Below, one piece after another: positions 1 to 12,360 of a stretch of 64,000 nucleotides of DNA. Location of the stretch: contig OX597824.1 of assembly GCA_951406725.2 (NCBI GenBank), positions 43,338,001 through 43,402,000 on the forward strand. Reading direction: 5' to 3'. Numbering within the stretch: the first letter of the stretch is position 1; every line of letters starts with the position of its first letter. Source of the stretch: Octopus vulgaris. Its lineage: Eukaryota. Position numbers and translations under genes: made by a program. A model generated the notes under the pieces. That model worked only from the letters and a program-made list of their open reading frames with translations. It was not told the origin of the DNA and made no database searches.

Positions 1-1695
1 TCACTCGCACCATTCTCACCACTCCTATGCACCTTTCAACAAAATGGCTAGAAGGCAACCCTTTCCACCCTTATTTTCCTCTTAAAGTGTCACTTGAAGA
101 AGTTGATGAGGGATTAATCAAAAAGTAAAGTCTTTATCTCCACGGGTATTCCCTGATCGAAAATTCCTCAGGAACAACTAGCTAGGTCATTTCACTGACG
201 TCCAGACATTCTCTGCAGCTAATCCTCGATAAATAGCTAGGGTGGAACATCCATCGATCTAGTTGCCCAACTTGGAGAGGGATGTGAGCGCCTGACAACA
301 TTCTAGATCCCAGATGCCCAATCTTGGTATTGGCTTCATTCAGACCTACAGATCCAACATGGAGACGCGCAAGGGAAAGACATGCCGCACGAACGGTGCC
401 CACACATGTTAACCGTCTAGGAATCGTTGCAGGTAGTGCAATTGCAGCATATGTCTGTGCACCAGCAGCCACAGTATGCCTAAGCCTCAGAGCAGCTGAT
501 GGATTGCTTTACCATTGGAACACATTTCTTTCTCAAGAAATTGAGTGACAGACGTCTCAATTTGATCAGGAAGTTACTAACAAGGGCAAGGCATAGCCTT
601 CAGACAGTATACAGAGTCGGAGATGGTGTTGTAAATTGTGAATAAGCTATGCTATCCCAAACGACTGAACTACACAATACTCTTTCTAGATATGCCCAGG
701 ATGACCGTTTATAGTTTGCTCATATCCATATTTGCACTTTCAGGAAATCCACTCGGTACCTGTGACATAGTTGGAAATGTCTTCACAGGTTTTTAAGGCT
801 ATTGTATACCCTTCTTCTATTGGCCTGCACTAAAGAGTACATCGAAGATACTGTTCCAATCTCTCACTGACACTAATGAGCAACTCGTTCCCAGGAAACA
901 CTCCAGGAACTTAATGAAATCTTATTACCCGGCCCCAGGGCTGTAAACAGCTACTAGTCTGAAAAAAAAATAGTCTTCACTGCTGTTCAAGATCAGTACC
1001 ACAAATTTACCTTCTGAGTTTAAAAAGAGGATTCGTACTGCAAGAGCTAGTCATATATGAATTGACGCAGCAACTCCGCCTCCCAATCTCGGTTGATTTC
1101 AAGATAAATAGATCTCGTATCCACCGAAGACTCATGCGTCGGAGATTCTGGTCTTGCTGATTGCCACCACATATATGTGTGGGGACCTAAGGGAGAGGGT
1201 AACCCTACTTTTAAAGCGACCTCAAGCTACGTGCATTTACATCGCCTATTCTTAAAAAGGGTAACTTTGATAGAATGAAAAAAAAATGATATAGACCTAC
1301 TTACATTCCATTAATTGTGGAAGGGTGGAATCTTCCATCCCTCTGGTTAGTTGTGGGTGTTTTTGCGTGCATTCTTTCTATAGTCTTTTATTGATCTTCC
1401 CTTTGCAGACTCCTATTCTGTCGGGTTGTGTATTTTTATGGTGTTCGTGTAGTTTGGATACTCTTTATGTGTTGGTGTGTTATTTTTCTGGTGTGATGAA
1501 ATTGATTTCAGTAATGTTTGTGTGTTGAGGTATATGTTTCATTAAGTTTTTGCAATGTTAGTTATTTAATTTATAATGCTTCTTCGCTGTTGTTTTACGT
1601 TTGGATGTGAACGGAGTTTTGTTCGTGTTTGTAATGTTAGTTGTATTCCTGGTGTTATCACCACCTCTAAAACAACAAAGAAATCAAGAAGAATG

Positions 1696-1787
<92 letters not shown>

Positions 1788-2600
1788 GGTGGTGGTAGTG
1801 GTGGTGGTGGTGGTGGTGGTAGTAGTAGTAGTAGTAGTGACTGTTGTTGTTTTTGTTTCTTCTAACATTAGCACGAAGACACATTCGATCATCTCGACTC
1901 CAGTTCTCAGCTGGCTCTTTATTTCATCGAGCTGGACCCAGCAGGGTTTTAACTGAAAACGTAAAAATGCAGCAAATAACGCCGAGAGTTTCTTTTTTTT
2001 CCTGACACTAAGATCTCTACCAATCTCCATCGTGTAAGACAATGGCTTCCACTTTAAGTCTTACAATTGCACGTTAGCAATTTGTTCTAAACTTTACATT
2101 ACGGTCAGTGACTTGCTGTAATTATCTTTATGCATTGTTTTAAACGGAAAGATGTAGGCTTTTTTCGAACTTCAATTATTCAAAACCAATTCGAAATCTT
2201 TTCAAGGTATTGTTATTTGATATCTCAAAGTATTCTTTGACATTTTTACAGCAGTATTCAGTATTCAAGCCTGATGGGAACGCTATAAATTAGTCGCTCA
2301 TTTAGCTATAGATTATTTACTTCGTTCATGGGAGTAAACCGCTTTCTTTTACCTTCATCGTTGGCAATGTTGGTAACTTAAGGAACGAGAATGGGATTTT
2401 AAATAATGTATTTTGTCATTCTTACTTCTGATTCCGCTTATAGAACAACACTTCGCGTGTTACTAACGGAGTTGGAAGACGGAAAATATACATCAAACAC
2501 AATGTCGCTTAATATAAGATTGCTTTCAAAAACAAGATCCTGAGTCCTTCGGAGAATAAGCTTTGCTGAAGAGGCAGCAAAATTTAATCAATTTAAATAA
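1..2600 (-). mobile_element. Decayed L1/Tx1-like LINE: APE endonuclease region (~1-1260) and probable ORF1 remnant upstream; runs off window start
   Basis: Minus-strand translations LRIGDVNARSL (~1255-1223), IYVVAISKTRI (~1175-1143) and RDWNSIFDVL (~863-834) match APE motifs N(V/A)RGL, xETx and GDFN. Many stops and frameshifts. The upstream boundary is uncertain. Confidence 0.7.
1696..1839. repeat. (GTA)n/(GTG)n microsatellite
   Basis: Directly visible; explains the poly-V/T/Y ORFs. Confidence 0.98.
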
Positions 2601-2737
2601 ATATTCTTTAAAAGGGAGAGAAGGGGATTCTGCGTGTGAACTTTGAAGTTTTGAAGCATCACGTTTTTCTTAAGAGAATATGTTGATATTATTCTATTGG
2701 AAATTTTCCCCTTTTCATCGTATATACGATATAAATA

Positions 2738-3675
2738 CAGGTTGTCCCAACAAATGTATACACACTTTAGCAGCTGATAACTCAATTGATGTTTTTTCTC
2801 TTTCCAGATGAAACCCAGTGGAATTAATGATGACAGTCAGACTAAGCTTTGAACAAAGGAAATTCATTCTAAAATGCTGCTGGAAGTGTGAAAATGTAGT
2901 TGAAGTGCAAAGACAGTTTAGGATGGAGGTTCAAACTGATCCACCAATGCGACTCACCATCACTTGAATTAGAGATAAGTTTGAAGCTCATGGAACAACT
3001 CAGAATGTCCACGAGAAGCATTCCAGAAGACCACTAATATCAACAACCTCAACAAATCAAGGAGTACTAGAAACGAATCACCAAAGTCCAAGACAATCTG
3101 TGCGACAAGCGAGTCATGAGGTAGGTATTCAAAAATCATCGGTACAACGCATTTTGAAGAGTTGTCAATGGAAAAGTTACGTTCCAAGATTAGTCCATGC
3201 GTTTTATGACTATAATCCAGACCATAGAGTGCAGTATTGCGAGTGGTACTTAGCACGATGTGTAGAAGATGCACACTTTCCAGCAAAGATTGTGTAGAGT
3301 GATGTAGTAACATTCAAATTAAATTGTTCAATTAACTGCCATAATTGCACCCACTGGGGACCTGAGAATCTGCATGTTATAGTGGAACACCGTGTTAATT
3401 TACCATGTTAATTTACTACTGTGACTGGTCCCGTCTACTTGAACTTGCTGCTACAGTCTGTCATGCCAAGTATTAGAGAAGACTGAAGATGAGGAGTTTT
3501 ATTTTCAACAAGATTGGGCACCTCCACACTACCGTCGCTATGTTATATCCTTCCTTGGTGAGATCCTGCCAAACAGGTGGATTAGACGAAAGAGCTTCGT
3601 TGAAAACCCTCCGCGTTCACTAGACCTCACACGTCTAGCCTTTTTTTATGGGGATACCTAAAAGACAAAGTCTAA
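2738..3675 (+). mobile_element. Tc1/mariner DD41D (rosa/Visitor-type) transposase remnant, left TIR present, 3' end truncated
   Basis: TA followed by CAGGTTGTCCC. Peptides [62 protein letters not shown] and PPRSLDLTRLA(D)FF..GYLKDKV. 41 residues lie between the second D and the mutated third D. Confidence 0.9.
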
Positions 3676-4793
3676 AGAAACCTTCTGCTCATCGCAACAT
3701 ATGTGCTTGAGTTACGCTTTAAACAAGCTTAACTATGGAACGGAATTGCAATCGTAGACATAATGAAGCGATGTGTTTAAGATCTATAAACTTATGAATC
3801 AAATGAAAAATAAAATATGTATAAAAGGTGGAACTTTTTCGAGTGCTGCTAATTTTAATAAAGAAAAACATTTTTTTAATAATATTTTTACATTTGGAAG
3901 AGTGGTAGGTGGCAGAACCGATAGAGCATTGGACAAAACTTCGTGGTTAATTAATCACGACTTTTTACTTTCGTCGTTCAAATCCCGACAAAGTTGATTT
4001 CATGGCGGATTTCAGTAAAGCATTGTGTAACCGGATGTCAACCCTGAGCAATCAATCCTTTGACTGAGTGAGTTGCAGTTACGACCATCCCATCTTCCTT
4101 TTAGGCACATATCCAATATGTCTTTCCTTTTTTTAAATACTTTAGTATATGGTTTCCAAGAGATTTGGCCACCTATTTTACAGGTCGACTAATACACTAG
4201 TTGCAAAAGTATGATAAATTCAATAGACTACTATTTTGCCAAAACGTCTGGCATTTTACCAATATTATAAATCAACATCTTTATCTTCTGAAAAAGCAAC
4301 AAGCTCTGGTCGAATCGTTAGAGATTAGTATTTAATACTATATATTACTTAGCTTCGTTTCTCTGCATTGTAGGTTCAAATCTTGCTGCAGCTGATTTAA
4401 CATCTTATTACCCTTGAGGTATGCAAAATTAATATTAGTAATAAACTCATATCAATTCAATTAGCTACACCATTCACCCTCACAAATTTGTGGATGAGTG
4501 CCAATGTGCAAAATTTTTATTTCTCTCATTGAAGAAGATATTGGTTTACAAATAAGAAATACAAATTATTGAGTATAGGCCAGGAGATAGATTTCATCTA
4601 CTTTCTATATTATATATATTTGGCGTATCGAAACAGCCATATGAGAGTGTAACTATGTTATTTTTATAGTATTTACGAGTTATTTCTAACAGAACGGATT
4701 ATTATATTCTTTGATGCAGTTGCATATCTTGTGTGTGTGTGTGTATCTGTGTTCTTGTTCCTATTCCCATTTCTGTGCGTCAGAACAAAAAAA

Positions 4794-4932
4794 TAACCAG
4801 CAATTTTTATTTGCTGCAGTAGAAATAAAAATTACCTGCGGCTTATAGATAAACGGAATGAAATCATGGGGAAATATGTTGTATTTTCTTAACAGTAGTA
4901 TTAAGAACTTACATAATTATGGATCTATGAAA
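4794..4932 (+). repeat. 139-bp segment with an inverted copy at 10317-10455
   Basis: Reverse complement matches with one visible mismatch. Confidence 0.95.
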
Positions 4933-5169
4933 TCATAAGGTTTGTGCAGGAGAAATGTCTTTCTAATTCCCTTGGATATCATAAAATATTGTAAAGGCTT
5001 CATTTAGTCTACTTTAGAATTCGTCCGAATGGGATGTAAGAACAATGGTTATATTTGCTTGAATATCAGTGAATTTACCTTGAATCCATATAATCTGCTA
5101 ATTTCGTTTCATAGTTATTAGGTTTCAATTTATTTGTGAATTTACTAAGTTATTATTAATAAATGTGGA

Positions 5170-5515
5170 TCTCGGTCGTTTGACGGTGAAAATTCAGTTG
5201 CTCAATCAACTGAAAAACGTCCACATGAATTATCGTGTAAATGGCCGAGCATTCTACTTACACGTGTAAAATTCACTTTGTTGCCAAACAGAATCAGCAT
5301 GACAAAATGTGACAAGGTTAAGCCTTTTGAATTAAGGATACAATCTACCCTACGAACTTCTATACATTTCCCGTGTCCCCAGTTTCATGCATAACGTATG
5401 GGTCCAGCTGAATTTAAAAGAAAATGAAATTTGCCGAAAATGCAATGCAATCGGATCGAATCTGGGACATAATAGTTGCGAAGCAAATTTTTTTAACCAT
5501 TCGGCCATACTGTGC
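5170..5515 (-). mobile_element. Decayed tRNA-derived SINE (family B)
   Basis: Minus-strand head tatggccgaatggttaa...cgcaactattatgtcccagattcgatcc with A/B-box-like motifs; body resembles 6255-6590 and 35270-35620. Confidence 0.6.
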
Positions 5516-6254
5516 TTACCTGATTAATATTCAGAGTACCAGTCCTTACTTTGAGATTTCAAGTCTAGCAAAGTATTTTTGATATTTCTCCAAGGAAGGT
5601 ATATTATTTTACATCACTCTCGTAGCTGTCAAGTTTAAACACCAGAAAAATATTTATCGCACCTCTTCATGACATGAAATCTTTAGATTGAAGAGATGTA
5701 CTTTACACTTAATGTTAGGTTTTTCTTATCAAATGTGTCACTTGTATAAAATAACTTGATATGATGAGAGTTCTGTCATGATGATTTGTATTTGACGACT
5801 TGTGTGAAAATTGGAGTACTTACGTTTGAAAACATGAGTCAAATCTCTCTCAAATTATATTGTCATTAAAAAAATACATGATAACATAGTTGTAGATATA
5901 TATCATATCTAAAAATATGATAAAAAGTTCATGAATGGAGTGCCCTAGATCATAAGTCCGTTTGAATTTTAAACTTGGTGGAATGCTCGCTCACTAACAT
6001 GTTGATTCAGGCGAACATTTTTCAGTTGATTGAACAACAAATTGAAATTAACAACAAAAATCTTCAATGAAAGGTTTAAAACTTTTTACAAAAAACTCGT
6101 CAAGTTAATGAACTATTTCATTTTTATTATTTACTCATTCATAAGACAGTGACCGGGCAGGAACGACAGAGCGTTAGAAAACATGCCTTGCGGTTTTTCT
6201 TTTGACTTCGCTTTTTGTGCTCTGATTCCGGTACAAAGCCACACTGCACTCAAT

Positions 6255-6590
6255 ATTGCTGACTGGTTTGGACATTTGCTTCTCAACCACGAGTTTTCAG
6301 GTTCGATCCGACTTTGTAAGATCTGGGACAAATGCCAATTTCTATAGTCTCAAGTCGATCCATACTTTGTGAATGAAACTGGGTGAATAGAAACTGTATA
6401 GAAACCCGTCGGATGGATCATACATGTAATTCAAACCTAGTGACACATTGATTCTGCCTGAGAATTATGCTAAATGTGTGTGAAATGGTCAGACACTTTC
6501 ACACTAATTTAACAGCAGGAGATTCAGCTGATCAAAGAACAGGATCCTGATCATGAAACAACAGAGATCCACCAAATAATGTTACAAATC
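6255..6590 (+). mobile_element. Decayed tRNA-derived SINE (family B)
   Basis: ttgctgactggtt...caaccacgagttttcaggttcgatcc...tgggacaaatg...gaaactgtatagaaacccgtc; similar to 35270-35620. Confidence 0.65.
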
Positions 6591-7049
6591 GTTGAAATTA
6601 CCTCCAGCTTTTTACACTTGTTTTTATCCTTTCTATCTCCGAATGGCTGAAAATCAGAGTAAACCACGAAGTAAACAAAGTACCGCATCCCGTTGAGCCT
6701 AGGACTTACTCTATAAATTCTCACATCCTCCGAGCGTTAAATAATTATATATACGTATTACGTTTGATTAAACACAGCGCTCTCTTACACAGTTCTTCAG
6801 CGCCTCCTTGCTACGGATTCAACAAAATGAAATACATTGAAAATATTGCTATCGATATGTTGATCACGATTAAAAAACTCTTTGCACCTCAATAATTTCA
6901 TCAAAATAATTTGGAATGCCAAAACATTCCGACCATGACATTCTAATATACCTATATACCACGGAGTCCGCAGACAAATACCATCAACCACTTGTCTACA
7001 GAATTCCCTCTCCCGCATTGCTGCTTTTGGTAGGTAACTGATTGGTTAA

Positions 7050-7795
7050 TAAATATTTTACCAGTGCGACCCCTAGGTCGCTTATCGTCAGTTGGTGCAG
7101 CATAAACATTTGACTCATTACTTTATCCTTGCTACGAAAGCAGTGTCCACAGAATTTCCATTGCAGTGTGATAACTCTTGGAAGATTACCATAAAGAACC
7201 TGGTATGTTGTGTGGGACTGCTATTTGATGTAAGGTGCAACTCTCAGACGTCTTGGGAACGTTCCATCTAGATTTATTTCCAGTGCATTAGAGTTCATGT
7301 TGTGCAGCCGTATAAGAGTTTCTATTATTGTTCGAAAGTAGTTAATGTGAAGCTCTCTGTTTATATTGGATTTCCAAATTGTGTCCATCTTTAACAGAGC
7401 TGGTCATGCTTTAGCAATGCGAATCTTAATATCCTTCTCACTTCTATCAATCCACGAGCCCAGATATTTGAAATTATCTATTTTACCACCTTGTACCGTT
7501 TCATTTTAATAGGTAGCTATCTGCTTGGTTGTAAACCATATACTTCGTTATGTCCTCATTTGTATCTAAGCCCATCTGTGAAGCATACGACCAACTCACA
7601 GCAAAAATAGTTTGTCAGGAATACTTGAAGGTAACACCCTTGCTCCCTTCATATTCATAATAGCACTGGGCTATATGATGAGAGAAGCAATATCGGCTTT
7701 AAACTGCAAAAAGTATACAGCAAGAGACATCCTGCAGGGTTTCTCACAAATGCAGATTATGCTGACTTAGCTTTAATGTCTGAAAGAATAGAACA
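7050..7795 (-). mobile_element. RTE-clade LINE remnant with inverted 5' RT segment (~7613-7795 reads on +)
   Basis: Minus strand gives FKYLGSWIDRSEKDIKIRIAKA. Plus strand gives SGILEGNTLAPFIFIIALGY...NADYADLALMSERIE (QG and YADD motifs). Confidence 0.8.
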
Positions 7796-7810
7796 TTATT
7801 ATAGATAACT

Positions 7811-7863
<53 letters not shown>

Positions 7864-8580
7864 AGAGGCGGTTTACTCTGCAAATGACCACAAAAAACAG
7901 GGAGTACTAGCAAATGAGTCGCACGTTCATTCATGTCTGTAAACACCAGACTCTTTGTTGTAGTTCTATGCTATGATATGTAAATAGCACAATTCTGAAA
8001 TAATCTGGTTGGGTGTTAATCTTCATAAATATATTAATTGAGAGACATACAGCAGGCAGTGTTACCTCGGTGGATGAAACGATCTAGTTAAAATTTAGGC
8101 AAGCTGGCGTTCATCGCACTAATAACGGTCAATGAAATATGTTATTGCGTCTCACGAAAATATGATCAATAATTTAGCTGCTTGCAAAACCATTGTTTCA
8201 ATAATATTAGTTCTTGTTACTCTATTATATTTTTTCTTTTCTTTTCTCTATTTTTCATTTTTCTTGTAATTCTTCTCCTTTTTCTATATCGCTTCTTCAT
8301 CTTGTTGGTGAGTTCTTTCGGTATTTTATTCCCTCCTCATCTACAAAGTCATTATAATTCTTATTGTTGTCGTCGTTGTTGTTGTTATGCACTGAGTGAG
8401 ATCTTATTCAGCCAATAAATGAGCAAAGGCGTTCCACAAGTGACCATCTCGTCTATATTTGCTCTGTTTTTAAGCCGGTGTCTAAGACTACGCTATCCAA
8501 TATACCCTTCCTTTTCAAGATAGCAAAATTAGAGTATTTGGCAGCCTTTCCTCTTTCATATCATGTAGTTGTGTAGAGAT

Positions 8581-8595
8581 CGTGATATAGATATA

Positions 8596-8689
<94 letters not shown>

Positions 8690-8693
8690 TGTG

Positions 8694-8729
<36 letters not shown>

Positions 8730-9548
8730 TGTCTGATTCAAGAAGAAAGTAAAATATCTCGCTAAGAAGACCTACAATGATTATTTGATGTGTTAGAAAT
8801 AGAAGCTAAATATCCACTATATCACGACCTACCCTCTTAAAAAAAGAAAGGACACAGTGGACAATATACAAAAAATAATGGAGTGGTTACAGCTAAACGT
8901 TGTTTGTCATTTGTTCGCTTGATCACACTTTGCTAAAATCATTCAGAACGTCTCTAAAAATACGGAGATGTAATAATATTAATTATGTTTCATTTGGGTA
9001 AATTCAGAAAGCAAAATGTTGTATCAAAGAAATGAGTACTGATGTTGCCGACATAATCAAATATCATTCTTAATAAATTATATTCTAAATGCCTCTGCTC
9101 TGTGTTCTCAGAGTATTGTAATAATTATTTGTTGAACACACTGTGTAACCTCGCATCGTCTTCCAAGTGCTTCATGTCCGCTATGAACCACATCATATAC
9201 ACCATGCTTCAGCAAAGACAATGGCATCGTTCATTATTATGCCATTTTCCTTTTTCTGTTTCACTCCATAGTTATTTATGTATACATCCTCAGCGACGAT
9301 CGTCATAATTAATGTCATTACATCTCGGTATTTTTAGAGATGTTCTGAATGACTTTAGCAACGTGTGATCAGGCGTTTAGCTGTGACCATTCCATTTTTT
9401 GTATATTGTCCACTGTATCTTTTCTTTTTGAAGAGGGTGAGGTGTGATACGGTGAATATTTGGCTGCTATTTCTAACATATCAAGTAACCATTGTAGGTT
9501 CTCAGTGAAACAGTTTGTTTTTGGAGCAGACATGCACGTGCACACACG

Positions 9549-9586
<38 letters not shown>

Positions 9587-9650
9587 CACAAACACAAACA
9601 CAAACACACACACGCACACAAACACACACACTCTTATAACTATATCAGCG
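8581..9650. repeat. Diverged inverted duplication: arms 8581-8987 and 9304-9650, 316-bp spacer
   Basis: The arms align as reverse complements, including the (GT)n/(AC)n tract and its flank gatataagag/ctcttataac. Confidence 0.88.
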
Positions 9651-9874
9651 TGTGTGTTTCTAATAGAGACATAAATCTGGAGTGAGGTTAAAGCCAATTA
9701 GACCTTAACTGGTATTTATTTTATCAGACCTCAGGTCAATAAAATGTAATGACTATCACAGCGCGTGTTGAACTCAGATCATAAAAGTACGTAACTAAAT
9801 ACCACATGAAATTCTTTTTTTTTAATGTTTTATCAATTCTGCTAATTATTCTCTTCAGCATGTTATAATGATCA

Positions 9875-10881
9875 TTTCAAATTTTGGCACAATGTCAGCA
9901 ATTTTGAGAGAGAAAGGTAATTGCATGAACTCCAGTACTTCGCTGGTACTTATTTTATGGACGACGAAAGGTTGAAAGGCAAAACTATCCTCGGCGGAAT
10001 TTGAAGGCAGAGCATAAAAAACTGGAAGAAATGCTAAGCATTTTGTCTCACACGATTCTGCCAGCTCACCGCTTTTCTACAAGCTATAATAAATCTTTCT
10101 ACTATGAGCACAAGGCCTTAAATTTCAGGACAGGGTGGTAGTCGGTTTACATCGACCCAATTTTATTTAATCGATTCCGAAATGATGAAAGACAAAATCG
10201 AGCTCGGTTGAATTTGAACTCAGAACGTGAAGAATTCCGCTAAGCATTCTGTCAGGCGTGCTAGCGATTCTGCCAGCTCGCCGCCATTCTGCATATTATG
10301 ATAATAGTAATAATTTTTTCATAGATCCATAATTATGTAAGTTCTTAATACTACTGTTAAGAAAATACAACATATTTCCCCATGATTTCATTCCGTTTAT
10401 CTATAAGCCGCAGGTAATTTTTATTTCTTCTGCAGCAAATAAAAATTGCTGGTTAGTCAGAAGATCAGCAATTTTGACAGGAGGAAGTGAGTCGATTACA
10501 TCAACTCAAATGCTCAATTGGTACTCGAAAAAGATGAAAAGCAAAGTTGACTTCGCTGAAAGTTTCAACTCAGAATGCAAAGAACTAGAAGGAATGCGGC
10601 TAAGCAATGTTTCCAACACGCTAACGATTCTTCCAACTCACTGTCTAAATAATATTGGTAATAATAATTTTTTCTACTCTAGGCACAGGGCCCGAAATTT
10701 TGTTGGGAGGGCGCTAGTCGATTAGATCGACTCCAGTACGCAACTGGTACTTAATTTATCGACCTCGAAAGGATGAAAGGCAAAGTCGATCTCGGTGGAA
10801 TTTGAACTCAGAACGTAAAGACAGACAAAATACCGCTAAGCATTTCGCCCGGAATGCTAACGTTTCTGCCAGCTCGCCGCC
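9875..10881 (-). mobile_element. Four head-to-tail tRNA-derived SINEs (family A): ~9875-10075, 10095-10286, 10456-10640, 10672-10881
   Basis: Each carries the reverse complement of ggcggcgagctggcagaa...ttctgagttcaaattccgccgaggtcgactttgcctttcatcctttcg. Confidence 0.9.
10317..10455 (-). repeat. Inverted copy of 4794-4932 within the SINE array
   Basis: tttcatagatcc...aaattgctggtta is the reverse complement of taaccagcaattt...ggatctatgaaa. Confidence 0.95.
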
Positions 10882-10924
10882 CTCAATATTGGTAATAATA
10901 ATAACACTGTTTCCCCCAAGTAAA

Positions 10925-11960
10925 CTACTGAATGAAACAAATTGTGGATATACTGTATATGAAATAAACTCATCAATCATCTCTATATGGATGACTTGAA
11001 ACATTGTGCAGGAAAAAATGATCAACAACAAGCACTCCTTCAAACAGTGAAACAATTTAAGAATGACGTCAAAATGGAATTTTGATTTGACAAATGCGTC
11101 AAGGCTACATTTCTGCAGAGAAAATTATGAAATACATGCAATATCACCTACAATAGAGATACTTGAACAAAATAATTAGAACCATACGCAGTCATAAATT
11201 GAGTTGAATGCCAGAAACAAAATCAGGGCCATAAACAAGTTAGCCTTGCCTGTAATCACATTCAGATTCAGTATTATTTACTGGTCCATCACTGAGATGG
11301 AGAAAATTAATGTCAAAATCCAAAAGCTACTGGCAATGCATCACCCAAAAGCAGACTTCGATCTATTACACCTTCTGAGAAAAGAAGGCTATTGGGGGTT
11401 AATTCAATCGCCACTCTCATTGAAAATTACAATTACGGAACTTTCTGTTTGCCTGCAACAAGCAAATAAACGACTGGATATTAAATATTTCTGAAGCACG
11501 AAGATACCAAAAGGTTACACTCACTAACATGCAATAATATACCCGTGGCTAAATGCGGTTAGATGAACCAGTACCCGAAGAAAATGCGTCACCAACAGAA
11601 ACAAAAAATATATAATCGAAAAGCCTCCAGTACACTAGGAAGAAACTGAAGCAAAAACCACTGCATGGTAAATACCTGATTTGAGCCTTGAATTCTGATA
11701 TAGGCATCTATACTCATCAGTGGCTGGCATGAATTACTCTCAAGCGGATGACTAAGGAGTGTATTATTGCTGCTCACAAACAGGGACTTCCTGCAAGTGT
11801 AATGTACTGAAATATGAAAGAGGCTCATCGTGTTCCGTATGCAGATAACATCCAGAGAAAACGACTACATAATTTTGTAATGCAACCGACTGATATAAAC
11901 AGTGTCTTTGCAACATGACAGGACAGTTCAGTATATACACTAGCCAGTATGCCCATTCAA
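10925..11960 (+). mobile_element. R4/Dong-like (restriction-like endonuclease) LINE remnant, RT C-terminal half
   Basis: INHLYMDDLK, ELNARNKIRAINKLALPVITF, HHPKADFDLLHLLRKEGYWGL, KPLHGKY and THQWL. Confidence 0.85.
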
Positions 11961-12290
11961 ACAGCCACAAGTTGTCCAAAATGAAGTTACCAAATGAAGT
12001 TACTGTGGGTGAGGAGCGAAATTTTTACAAACAAATTTTGATGTCAGGGAGTGCTTATCGCATAATTGTATAAGAATGTAAACATTAAGATTTTTGTACA
12101 GGATTACTTGTTTAATGTAATAACAATTGTCGTACTCTACATTACAGTATATATACATATATTTAGTGCATTAGCTGTAAAACTAGATATTATAAAGACA
12201 TACACATACGCGCGCGTGTATGTGTGTGTGCGTGCGTGTAACATCACAAAAAGAAATACAAAAGTAAATAACATCAGTTTAACCTTTTAT

Positions 12291-12360
12291 TCATTATAGC
12301 CATTTCTTAACTCTGTTAACAAGTTCCTAAAAAATACAGCACAATCGTCTTCAGTAATGA
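12291..12360 (-). ncRNA. Degenerate type I hammerhead-like motif
   Basis: Minus strand tcatta-CTGAAGA-...-GAAA-tggc-TA-taatga. Stem I is a perfect 6 bp; stems II and III are decayed. Confidence 0.4.

Noticed and set aside
1566-2042. Long ORFs with poly-T/V/Y (also 32772-34121, 44411-45029, 49086-49406 and similar)
   Set aside because: These are stop-free frames of microsatellites with no protein signal.
6793-7033. Coding exon between cag and gtaact
   Set aside because: Stops occur in all three plus frames. A UTR or lncRNA exon cannot be excluded but is unsupported.
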